DNA from: an uncultured Clostridia bacterium
GTDB taxonomy: Bacteria; Bacillota; Clostridia; Oscillospirales; CAG-272
NCBI GenBank assembly: GCA_947573405.1
Contig: CANPFW010000003.1
Span: 1 to 56,595 of the forward strand
Reading direction: 5' to 3'
DNA: 56,595 bases
The notes below the pieces were generated by a model. It was not told the DNA's origin, made no database searches, and worked only from the letters and a program-made list of their open reading frames with translations. Position numbers and translations under genes: made by a program. Numbering within the stretch: the stretch's first letter is position 1; every line of letters starts with the position of its first letter. This document shows, piece after piece, positions 48,408-56,595 of the stretch.

Positions 48408-49851
48408 ACAGAATTTTTTGTACAAGCTCCCGATAGCGTGCGCCTTTTTCCCGGTAGAAGTCAAACATATGTGGATCCGACAAGGGCAGCGGGTTGCTTT
48501 TTACCATTGCGCTGCGGCAGGCGGAAAAATTGTCAAATACGCCAAGCCCTACAAATGCAATCATTGCAGCGCCCAGACAGCAGGTTTCCGGTTCTGCGGG
48601 GCGATAAATCTTGCAGCCGGTGGCATATCCAACGATTTCACTCCACAGGTCGCTGCGGGCCGCACCGCCGGTCATCATCAGCTTGCCGATGCGTATTCCC
48701 TGGGTGGCGAACTGCTCCAGAACAATAGATGCTTCAAAAGCAACGCCTTCCATGAGTGCGCGGGCGATATGATAGCGGTCATGCCCTGCATCCAATCCGA
48801 ACATAGCCCCCCGAAGTCCCGGCTGATTGTGGGGAAATCCTGCGCCCAGCACATAGGGAAGAACAAACAGATCTTTTGCGCTTTCTGCGCGCACGGCAGC
48901 TTCCTGATCCATGGTTTTAAAGTCTGCGCCTACAAGATCTTTGTACCAGTTCAGCGCACTTCCAGCACTGACCAGAGAAGCCATGGCGCCATATTTGCCT
49001 TTTACGGGATGAATACCCGGGCAAATGTGATTGTCTGTATATAGCAGACGATCTGTTACTCCTAGCACTACCCAGGTTGTGCCGGTAGCAAGAAGCATGT
49101 CTCCTGCATCCACAGCACCGGATCCGATAGACGCGCAATATTGGTCATGTGCTCCGTTGAATACGGCAACCTCCGGATCCAATCCAAGGGCGGCGGCAGC
49201 GTCCGGCGTGAGTGTTCCCACCAGGGCACCAACCGGCAAAATATCCGGCAGACGGTTCTTGGATATGCCTATCAGATTTAAAATCTGTTCGTCCCATGTG
49301 CCGGTTTCCATATTGTATAGCTGGCGGATTGCGGCATTTGTCGGGTCGATTACATTCTTTCCGGTCAGTTTCAGGTTGATATATTCCAGTGTGGAAATAA
49401 AGGTATCCGCACGGGTGAATGTGTCCGGATCATTTTTTTGCAGCCACAGGATTTTTGCAGCGTCTAGTGAAGGATTGGGAAGCCAGCCGCATTTGCGGTA
49501 TACCCCTTCTGTACCGATTGTATTTGTGAGCGCCTCCGCTTCTGCGGCGGAGCGGGTATCCATCCAGGTGATGACTTCGGAAATGGGATTGCCGGCTTTG
49601 TCCGCGGCAAGCATGCTGGCGCCTTGGGTGGATATGCCGATTGCCCGCACTTCCTTCGGGTTTACCGCTTGCAGTGCAGTGCAGATGGCATATTGCGCTG
49701 CATCCCACCAGTCTGCGGCGTTTTGTGTAACTCTGCCGTTCTGGCTTTTCAGGGGATATTCCCGGTAGCCTCTGGACAGAACCGTGCCGTGTTCATCTGT
49801 TATGATTGCTTTGGTTCCTGTAGTGCCTACGTCAAGGCCGATTACAAGCAT
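48406..49851 (-). CDS. FGGY-family carbohydrate kinase (xylulokinase-like)
   Basis: MLVIGLDVGTTGTKA N-terminus and GGAARSDLWSEI C-terminal motif. The ORF track starts at TTG 49872. Confidence 0.8.
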   Translation of the reverse strand: MLVIGLDVGTTGTKAIITDEHGTVLSRGYREYPLKSQNGRVTQNAADWWDAAQYAICTALQAVNPKEVRAIGISTQGASMLAADKAGNPISEVITWMDTRSAAEAEALTNTIGTEGVYRKCGWLPNPSLDAAKILWLQKNDPDTFTRADTFISTLEYINLKLTGKNVIDPTNAAIRQLYNMETGTWDEQILNLIGISKNRLPDILPVGALVGTLTPDAAAALGLDPEVAVFNGAHDQYCASIGSGAVDAGDMLLATGTTWVVLGVTDRLLYTDNHICPGIHPVKGKYGAMASLVSAGSALNWYKDLVGADFKTMDQEAAVRAESAKDLFVLPYVLGAGFPHNQPGLRGAMFGLDAGHDRYHIARALMEGVAFEASIVLEQFATQGIRIGKLMMTGGAARSDLWSEIVGYATGCKIYRPAEPETCCLGAAMIAFVGLGVFDNFSACRSAMVKSNPLPLSDPHMFDFYREKGARYRELVQKIL

Positions 49852-49893
49852 AGTATGTTTATACCTTTCCAAGCGATATGTATTCGGATATAA

Positions 49894-49931
49894 ACGGGGC
49901 GTGAAAAAAGATTCGGCTTTTCACGCCCCGT
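49894..49931 (-). terminator. Hairpin downstream of the aminotransferase gene
   Basis: 14-bp stem acggggcgtgaaaa/ttttcacgccccgt, followed on the minus strand by ttatat. Confidence 0.5.
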
Positions 49932-49944
49932 CTCGCTTAATATT

Positions 49945-51483
49945 TTATTTTGAGAGAAGTGCGTCTATGGTATTTACAATATAATCCATAGTAGCTTCGC
50001 TTGCAATAATCGGCGGTTTCATGAGCATTGCCGGCAGGCAATTTGCCTTATAGATTTGAGCGGAAGCGTCAATACAAGCTGTTTTCATCTGATCGGCAAA
50101 TGCAGCAGCGCCATCGACAGTATGGAAGTGGAGGGCAACGAGATGTGCATCTCCTTCTACATCCAGTATAATGTCGCTGTGTTTTTCCATAACGGCGCGC
50201 AGCCCTTCTTCAAAGTGTTTGCCGATGCGCTCAATTTCATCTCCATTTGCCTGCATAAAGGTCATGGTGATGAGATAAGCAAGGGAAGCCAGTTCTTCCT
50301 GTCCGTTTGTTACCAGTGCGCCGAACTGATTCAAGGTATCCATGGGCGCAGTGGTAAGGATTTTGGATGCGGGATATTCGCCGCCGGGGAAGCCTTTGCC
50401 CACGATGGAGAAATCGGGCTGCAGACCGTACAGACGGAACAGGAATGCGCCCTTGTACCACATGCAGGACTGAATTTCATCGCACATGGTAGGGGTATCG
50501 TATTCCCGGCAGAGTGCATATGCTCCCTGAAGAAATTCTTTGGTAAGGCGGATTCCGCCATAGTTCATGAGAATGATTTCATGAGCAAATCCAGCAGTTT
50601 TATATTTTCCGGTATTGTATTGCTTGATTTTTGCCTCGAAGTCAGCGAGATCATTGATGGTTACAGGAACAATCTTGTAAAGATCGCCCTGATCTGCTGT
50701 TTTCCGGTATTCGGGCCACAGACCGCGCATGGTTTGGGCAAGTATGGAGGTACCATGATAGTTTCCTTCAACACCACCGTTTTTGTCGCCGATAATGAAA
50801 AATACAGGAACCTTTCCGGCATATTTAGGCTGGGCAAAGGTATTGTCCAGCTTGTAGAACCGTGCCAGCATCATTTTGAAACCGGCTTCACAGGCAATGG
50901 AACCGGTTTCCAAATTGATAACCCGATTCAGAACGTGTTCGTCTTTGGAAGCAAGCACCTGCTGTGTAGCGGCTTCATCGTCCCATGCAATTCCGTTTGC
51001 CATCTGTACAATGCGCTTTTCCATTAACCGGGTGATGTATCCGCGGGTGTTGTTATGTGTGGCGTTGAGAATCCCGATTTTACGTGCATTGTCAATCAGT
51101 TTATATCCGTCAAAACGATGTCCCAGAGGGGCGTGATAGTGCTCGCTTTTTCCCAGCAGGTACAGTTTGCCGTCTTCACCGACCCGGTAGTTGCAGAATC
51201 CGGTTACGGGAGACATTTTTGTGTTGGTAGCCTTCATAAAGGAATTTGTGCCGGCGCCGGGTTCGTTGCTGTCATATGCAGGCATAATCTGTGTGCCGAC
51301 CTTTGCAAGCATTTCATCATTGCGAATCTGCTTTGCTTGGGGATAAAAGTCAATTTTTTCATCGGCAACTGCCATCGTGTCGTCATAGGACATAATGCCG
51401 AGGGCTTCATTTGCCCGGGCAACGGCGGTTGTGTAGTCCTTTCCGAGAATATCGGAAAGAGAAAGATTGGGTGATTGGAACAT
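49945..51483 (-). CDS. Class III aminotransferase-fold PLP enzyme with N-terminal extension
   Basis: NLETGSIACEAGFKMMLARF, NYHGTS, CDEIQSCMW, and DFSIVGKGFPGG (Lys in VGKG) follow the class III pattern. GGAGG RBS. Confidence 0.6.
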   Translation of the reverse strand: MFQSPNLSLSDILGKDYTTAVARANEALGIMSYDDTMAVADEKIDFYPQAKQIRNDEMLAKVGTQIMPAYDSNEPGAGTNSFMKATNTKMSPVTGFCNYRVGEDGKLYLLGKSEHYHAPLGHRFDGYKLIDNARKIGILNATHNNTRGYITRLMEKRIVQMANGIAWDDEAATQQVLASKDEHVLNRVINLETGSIACEAGFKMMLARFYKLDNTFAQPKYAGKVPVFFIIGDKNGGVEGNYHGTSILAQTMRGLWPEYRKTADQGDLYKIVPVTINDLADFEAKIKQYNTGKYKTAGFAHEIILMNYGGIRLTKEFLQGAYALCREYDTPTMCDEIQSCMWYKGAFLFRLYGLQPDFSIVGKGFPGGEYPASKILTTAPMDTLNQFGALVTNGQEELASLAYLITMTFMQANGDEIERIGKHFEEGLRAVMEKHSDIILDVEGDAHLVALHFHTVDGAAAFADQMKTACIDASAQIYKANCLPAMLMKPPIIASEATMDYIVNTIDALLSK

Positions 51484-51514
51484 AATATATACCTCCTAGG
51501 GTGTTATAGATTGT

Positions 51515-52576
51515 TTATTCGTCTATGGAAATCTGATCCGGCGATGCGCCGGCAGGCTGATAGGGGATGCCTAAATGCTCATATGCCAGTTTGGTGACGC
51601 AGCGTCCCCGGGGTGTTCTGGATATAAAGCCGATCTGCATGAGGTAGGGTTCGTATACGTCTTCAATTGTAATTGCTTCTTCGCCAATGGTTGCAGCAAG
51701 GGTTTCCAGTCCTACCGGACCGCCATTGTAAAAATGGATAATGGTTTCCATCATTCTGCGGTCGGTGTTGTCCAGTCCCAACTCGTCAATTTCCAGCATG
51801 CGCAGCGCGGCTGACGCACTTTCCAGGGTGATGCATCCGTCTCCTTTTACTTGGGCATAATCGCGTACCCGCTTCAGCAGCCGGTTCGCGATACGCGGTG
51901 TTCCTCTGGAACGGGAGGCGATTTCCAGCGCACCGTCCTCGGTGATGGGAATATCCAGAATGCCGGCACTGCGTGTTACAATTTGTGCAAGCTCGTTTGG
52001 CGTGTACAATTCCAGCCTAAGCAGAACGCCGAACCGATCCCGCAGGGGGGTGGTAAGCTGTCCTGCCCGGGTGGTTGCGCCGATCAGGGTGAATTTTTGC
52101 AGAGGCAGGCGGATGCTTCTTGCGGCAGGACCTTTTCCAATGATAATATCCAGTGCAAAGTCCTCCATGGCAGGGTAGAGGATTTCCTCTACATTCCGAT
52201 TCAAACGGTGGATTTCGTCAATGAACAGCACATCGCCCTGCCCGAGATTGGTAAGCAGTGCGGCGAGATCTCCCTGTTTTTCAATAGCGGGTCCGCTGGT
52301 GACACGGAAGTTCACACCCAGTTCCGATGCAATGATGGCAGAAAGAGTGGTTTTACCCAGTCCCGGCGGCCCGTACAGCAAAACATGATCCAGTGTGTCC
52401 CCCCGCAGTTTTACTGCGTCAATATAGATTTTTAAAATTTCCTTCGCTTTTTCCTGTCCGATATATTCGTCCAGTGTGCGGGGGCGCAGACTGAATTCCG
52501 TCTCGGAATCTTCCGCTGTGTATGCGGTTTCCAGAATCCGGTCTTCAAAGTTCATTTCATTTTCGTAATCGTTCAT
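51515..52576 (-). CDS. ruvB: Holliday junction helicase RuvB
   Basis: [42 protein letters not shown]. Confidence 0.97.
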   Translation of the reverse strand: MNDYENEMNFEDRILETAYTAEDSETEFSLRPRTLDEYIGQEKAKEILKIYIDAVKLRGDTLDHVLLYGPPGLGKTTLSAIIASELGVNFRVTSGPAIEKQGDLAALLTNLGQGDVLFIDEIHRLNRNVEEILYPAMEDFALDIIIGKGPAARSIRLPLQKFTLIGATTRAGQLTTPLRDRFGVLLRLELYTPNELAQIVTRSAGILDIPITEDGALEIASRSRGTPRIANRLLKRVRDYAQVKGDGCITLESASAALRMLEIDELGLDNTDRRMMETIIHFYNGGPVGLETLAATIGEEAITIEDVYEPYLMQIGFISRTPRGRCVTKLAYEHLGIPYQPAGASPDQISIDE

Positions 52577-52586
52577 ATGCGCCTCG

Positions 52587-53204
52587 TCACTTCATCAGCT
52601 TTGCTAATGCTTTGCGGATGATTTCTTCTGTATCTGATGCGGGATCCTGTCCCTGCAGTGCTGCTGTGATTTCACTTCGGGAATATCCCAGCACAAGCAG
52701 CGCATCACGAGCATCGGACAGATGACCGCCGGAGGCGGCAGCAGGCGCTGCGCCTGCTGTTTCCGGTATATCTGCAAATAGTTTTTTTGCAAACTTATCT
52801 TTCAATTCCAACACGATGCGCGCGGCGGTTTTGCCGCCTACTCCCTGCGCCCGGGATAATGCCTTTGCATCTTCAGCTTGAATTGCCGTTGACAGTGCAG
52901 CGGGGGTCATGATGGAAAGAATTGCTACGGCTGCTTTGGGACCGACACCGGAAACGCCGATCAGCATACGGAAGGTGTCCAGTTCTTCTGTAGTATAAAA
53001 TCCGTACAGCTCCCCTGCATCCTCCCGTACAGCCATGTAGGTGTACAGGCGTACTTTTTCCTTTGCGGATGCAGCAGGATTGTTCAACTTTGTCAGCGTA
53101 TTGCCGGTGATGGCAACCTTATAGCCCACACCGCAGCAGTCGATCACAGCGGTCATAGACAGTGCGTCTAAAATAATCAGTTCGCCGGTCAGGCAATGGA
53201 TCAT
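52587..53204 (-). CDS. ruvA: Holliday junction DNA-binding protein RuvA
   Basis: MIHCLTGEL...[29 protein letters not shown]. Confidence 0.95.
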   Translation of the reverse strand: MIHCLTGELIILDALSMTAVIDCCGVGYKVAITGNTLTKLNNPAASAKEKVRLYTYMAVREDAGELYGFYTTEELDTFRMLIGVSGVGPKAAVAILSIMTPAALSTAIQAEDAKALSRAQGVGGKTAARIVLELKDKFAKKLFADIPETAGAAPAAASGGHLSDARDALLVLGYSRSEITAALQGQDPASDTEEIIRKALAKLMK

Positions 53205-56131
53205 GGCTGTTCCTCCTCTGTCTTATCTGCTTCAGGCGGTTCCGTGTTATCCGGCTGTGCCGGCGGCAGTTCATCCAATTCCATGGAAATCTGACTGAAC
53301 GCTTCTGTCCGGGGCGCTTCTGCTTGGATTTCCTCCGCGTTCAAATCACAGGGGACATATACGGGGCATCCTTCTGCCAGGCGATGCTTTCTATACTGCA
53401 CGCTGATGAACCATGCAGCGGCAAAAGCGCAGAGCCCTACGGCAGAACCAATCAATCCAATCGTAAGGCAGGAAGGCCAGTATCGCAGTTCCAATGTGTA
53501 TTCTCCCGGTTCCAGATAAAATCCGATCAGCCCGTCCAGTACCTTTGCAGGTTGAATTTTTTCCCCGTTGGCATAGATGTTCCAGCCCTCATCATAGGGA
53601 ATGGATGTGAACACAAGGGGCTTATCTTCCGTCACAGTAATGGTGCCGGTGAAAGCGTCTTCACGATATTTTGTAATATTGTACTGATTTTCTGCGAGCA
53701 AGGGCATAACTGATTGGAACGTATCCGTGTTCAGATAATAGAAGTAATCCGCATCCTTCTTAATATAAAGTTCGTCATCTGTGAGCGTCAGGGATACGGT
53801 TACCTTGTCTCCCGGGTTGTAGGAACCGATTTTTATAATACGGAAGGTCTCGTTTCCAAAGAAAGTGCCTTTTTTTACATCGTTTACATAGAGATCTGCT
53901 TCCCTTGCATATTTACTGGGGAAATAGCAATACAGGGGATCTGATGAAGTAATATTCAAGGTGAAGGTAACGGTTCCCTCGCCGGTTTTACCGTTTTTGC
54001 TGTATTTGGTATGCCCGGAAACGGAAGAAGTGGAGAGGGCAGGAGAGGTTTCTTCTGTGAACCGCTGGGCAGTAAACATATCTGCCGTCTGATCATCGCC
54101 CAGCATATTGTTTACAATAGCATTCAGCCGTTCAAATGGAGAAACAAAGCTTTCGTCATTGATATGCAGCGTTTCCAACTCTTTGCTTACACCAAAGGCA
54201 AGGGACAGGGCGTAGGGATTTTCATATGCGGTAAGATCGCTTTCGCCGGTTTTTTCATTCTTTGTAGAATATACTGCGTTATAAAAATCCGGCACGGACG
54301 TATCATCCGTTTCTGCAATGAGATATTTTATGCCCAGAAGGGAATCTACAACAGGCGTTGAACCCAGATATTTGCTCCAGTGTGATTTGGAGGAAAGTCC
54401 CAGATTATTCAGCAGCTTAATGGTTTCCTGATTCAAAGTGGAGGTGGAATTGGACAGTCCGTACATATGCAGCGCATATGGATCGTTGGTCTTTCTGTGG
54501 AGCGTTTTCTCCATCCGATAGAAGCTGTCGTCTCTTTTCTGAATTTCTTCTGTCACGGGCAAAAGCCGGTCAATAAAGGAGCGGTAAGAGGTTCTGCTGG
54601 AATAAACCACATCGCTGTCCAGGTCAATCAGATTGGCGATGCCGGCACCGAACATTTCAACACCGACAAGAATTGCCAATACCAGAGCAGCCGTACTGCG
54701 CAGGTATGCCTTCGGATGGGTGGAAGCCCGGAGCACCAGCAGGTATGCGCCGATGATGAGAAGGGAAAGCCAAATGGTTGCCAGATCATTGATGTGCTCA
54801 TAATCAAATTTTTGCAGGACAATCAAAATCAGCGCCAGCACGCCGCACACGGCGATCACCTTGCGGTATCCGATTTCCCGGATCCGTTCAAAGGCTTTAT
54901 AGGCGAGAAGCACCATGATAAAGCACAGCATGAAGCTGTAACGGTAGTTCAGCCAGTTGGGACGCTGCATACCGTGCCAGAACAAATCCAGCGTGGTTAT
55001 ATTGAAGCTGATGAGGAAAAATGCGATCAGCAAACCGGACGCAATTTTTTCCCGGGTTTTGATATGCGGTGCAAGAAAGTACAGGGGGAGCAGAATTAAA
55101 GTGAGCGTTCCGCAATACAGAAAGGGGAGTCCTTCGGGGCGGACAGTGTCATAAGAACCAATGAATAGTTTGGATACCAGATCCATCCAGTCAAATTTCT
55201 GATCCGGGGTAAAATTGGGGTTGGAAAATTCCGTTTTACCGAACCCAAGAGAATAATACGTGCAAAGGAGAAGGGCGGCGCAGATTGCCGCGGCAATTAC
55301 AGAATACAGCGCGAACCGACCGGCGCTTTTTGCAAAGTGGAAACGCCGTTCTAGAGGATTGCGCTCCTTCGGATCCCGGGAGAAATATGCATACAGAAAA
55401 TATGCGGCGGAGAAAATGCACATCATATATCCGATATAGAAGTTGCTGAAAATTGCCATTGTAAGGCTGATTACATACAGCTTGAATTTGCCGTATTTAA
55501 TCAGATTTTCGATGCCCAGCATAACCAGCGGAAGCAGGATCAGATTGTCGATCCACATGGTGTTGTGTTGCATCACTACTGCATACGCGCACAGGGCATA
55601 CATGCAGGAAAACATTATGGTAGCTGTTTTGCTTCTTTTGCGCGTAGCTTCAATATATATACCGAAAGTAAGTCCGCAGCTGCCCACTTTCAGCAGAAAC
55701 ATAAGCAGCAGGGCTTCGGTGATCATGGATTTCGGGAACAACGTAACAATAAAGGAAAAGGGGCTGGCAAGGTAGTAAGCAAAAATTCCGAAAAATTCGC
55801 CGCCCAGCGCTCGGCTGAAGGAATAAATCGGACTGCTTTTTCCGGTTAGAATGTCCCGCAGTCCTTCAAAGAAATATACATACTGACCGTTCAGATCTAG
55901 CACCAGAACGGATTCTTCTCCAAAAGGGAAGGTTTGCAGGCAAATATAAATCAGCCACATAATCAATGCGGGAATCAGGAAGCACAGTCCAAGATAGCGC
56001 CGCTCTCCAAAGGCGGATTTCCAGAAGGCGCGGCGACCTGTCTGGGGTGCCAGCAGCACCGGCAGCTTATCTGCTGATTTTGGATTTTCAGGGATTATAG
56101 TATTATTTGGTACATTGTTCATTTTCATCAT
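53201..56131 (-). CDS. YfhO-family polytopic membrane glycosyltransferase-like protein
   Basis: 976 aa. N-terminal FPFGEESVLVLDLNGQYVYFFEGLRDIL, many TM segments, a large extracytoplasmic C-terminal part and an acidic tail. ATGA overlaps at both ends. Confidence 0.8.
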   Translation of the reverse strand: MMKMNNVPNNTIIPENPKSADKLPVLLAPQTGRRAFWKSAFGERRYLGLCFLIPALIMWLIYICLQTFPFGEESVLVLDLNGQYVYFFEGLRDILTGKSSPIYSFSRALGGEFFGIFAYYLASPFSFIVTLFPKSMITEALLLMFLLKVGSCGLTFGIYIEATRKRSKTATIMFSCMYALCAYAVVMQHNTMWIDNLILLPLVMLGIENLIKYGKFKLYVISLTMAIFSNFYIGYMMCIFSAAYFLYAYFSRDPKERNPLERRFHFAKSAGRFALYSVIAAAICAALLLCTYYSLGFGKTEFSNPNFTPDQKFDWMDLVSKLFIGSYDTVRPEGLPFLYCGTLTLILLPLYFLAPHIKTREKIASGLLIAFFLISFNITTLDLFWHGMQRPNWLNYRYSFMLCFIMVLLAYKAFERIREIGYRKVIAVCGVLALILIVLQKFDYEHINDLATIWLSLLIIGAYLLVLRASTHPKAYLRSTAALVLAILVGVEMFGAGIANLIDLDSDVVYSSRTSYRSFIDRLLPVTEEIQKRDDSFYRMEKTLHRKTNDPYALHMYGLSNSTSTLNQETIKLLNNLGLSSKSHWSKYLGSTPVVDSLLGIKYLIAETDDTSVPDFYNAVYSTKNEKTGESDLTAYENPYALSLAFGVSKELETLHINDESFVSPFERLNAIVNNMLGDDQTADMFTAQRFTEETSPALSTSSVSGHTKYSKNGKTGEGTVTFTLNITSSDPLYCYFPSKYAREADLYVNDVKKGTFFGNETFRIIKIGSYNPGDKVTVSLTLTDDELYIKKDADYFYYLNTDTFQSVMPLLAENQYNITKYREDAFTGTITVTEDKPLVFTSIPYDEGWNIYANGEKIQPAKVLDGLIGFYLEPGEYTLELRYWPSCLTIGLIGSAVGLCAFAAAWFISVQYRKHRLAEGCPVYVPCDLNAEEIQAEAPRTEAFSQISMELDELPPAQPDNTEPPEADKTEEEQP

Positions 56132-56343
56132 CCTTTCGCGGAAGATTCGGTAGATGCGGGGTGGATTTTTTTGACTGCTTTTTCCAGCTTAACTCTGGGT
56201 AGGGTTAGGTCTCTTCCGCATCCTTTGCATATAATGCGCACATCGCTGCCCAGACGCACAACGGTAAACAGTTTTTCTCCGCAGGGATGGGGCTTTTTCA
56301 ATTCCAGCACGTCTCCGGTGCAAATTTTTAGAATTTGTGGCAT
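56128..56343 (-). CDS. DUF951-family small protein
   Basis: MPQILKICTGDVLELKKPHPCGEKLFTVVRLGSDVRIICKGCGRDLTL. The ORF track extension to 56595 runs through a promoter and a repeat. Confidence 0.7.
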   Translation of the reverse strand: MPQILKICTGDVLELKKPHPCGEKLFTVVRLGSDVRIICKGCGRDLTLPRVKLEKAVKKIHPASTESSAKG

Positions 56344-56403
56344 ACTGTGCAGCCTGTCCTTTTTATATAATAATGTGTTTTTGTAAAAAAACAATACATA
56401 TTT

Positions 56404-56432
56404 AGTATAGCATACCGTAGATTCAATGTAAA
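56404..56432 (-). promoter_or_regulatory. Sigma-70-type promoter of the DUF951-yfhO-ruvAB transcription unit
   Basis: Minus strand: TTTACA, 17 nt spacer, TGcTATACT. Confidence 0.5.
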
Positions 56433-56453
56433 GAAGAAAAAGGAATTTTTGCC

Positions 56454-56595
56454 TGACTGCTATCGTTTTGCCGGATCTGCCAAATGGTAAGTGTGATACA
56501 ATCCCTCCGTCACACCTTACGGTGTGCCACCTCCCTTTGTACAAGGGAGGCTTAAAGAGGTGGGGATGGCTGCGCCGTGCCACCTCCCTTTGCAC
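56454..56595. repeat. Half copy of the repeat family (central loop plus R unit plus start of another unit), runs off the window
   Basis: The loop-like tgactgctatcgttttgcc... resembles 42683-42730. R unit 56499-56554 (caatccctccg-tcacacc-ttac-ggtgtg-ccacctccctttgtacaagggaggctta). gccgtgccacctccctttgcac lies at the window edge. Confidence 0.8.

Noticed and set aside
56344-56595. N-terminal extension of the DUF951 ORF to the window edge
   Set aside because: The extension crosses a good promoter and a repeat unit. The conserved DUF951 sequence starts at the Met at 56343.

Overview
The window is a roughly 50% G+C Clostridia-type chromosome segment (G+C judged by eye, not computed). It carries a V-type ATPase operon, rpsO-pnp, a T-box-controlled aspS/gatCAB operon, ruvAB, a YfhO-family gene and an ABC exporter pair. 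The first ~15.3 kb is a roughly 30% G+C foreign island. Its left edge cuts a host repeat unit at 33/34, and its right edge faces the 3' end of a minus-strand tRNA-Arg(ACG). No integrase or transposase is visible. The island holds an unusual, partly decayed biosynthetic cluster. One tightly coupled four-gene module is intact: a free-standing NRPS condensation domain, two tandem divergent U32-family putative Fe-S paralogs, and a single polypeptide joining a PqqD-like segment, a B12-binding domain, a radical SAM core and a C-terminally truncated adenylation domain. Downstream are a frameshifted ketosynthase/carrier gene, a shattered ORF series, a glycosyltransferase remnant, and intact PIG-L deacetylase and two radical SAM genes. 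I rate this cluster, especially the U32 pair plus the rSAM-adenylation fusion, as the best candidate for an undescribed system, while noting that much of it is pseudogenised. Other points of interest follow. (i) A dispersed family of nested palindromic intergenic repeats has a hairpin that covaries between copies; one composite copy sits inside the aspS leader. (ii) AspRS is fused in frame to GatC, behind a T-box whose specifier loop reads GAAC (overlapping Glu and Asn codons). (iii) The second ABC exporter subunit carries a frame-breaking lesion. All calls come from reading the sequence and ORF translations; no searches were run.
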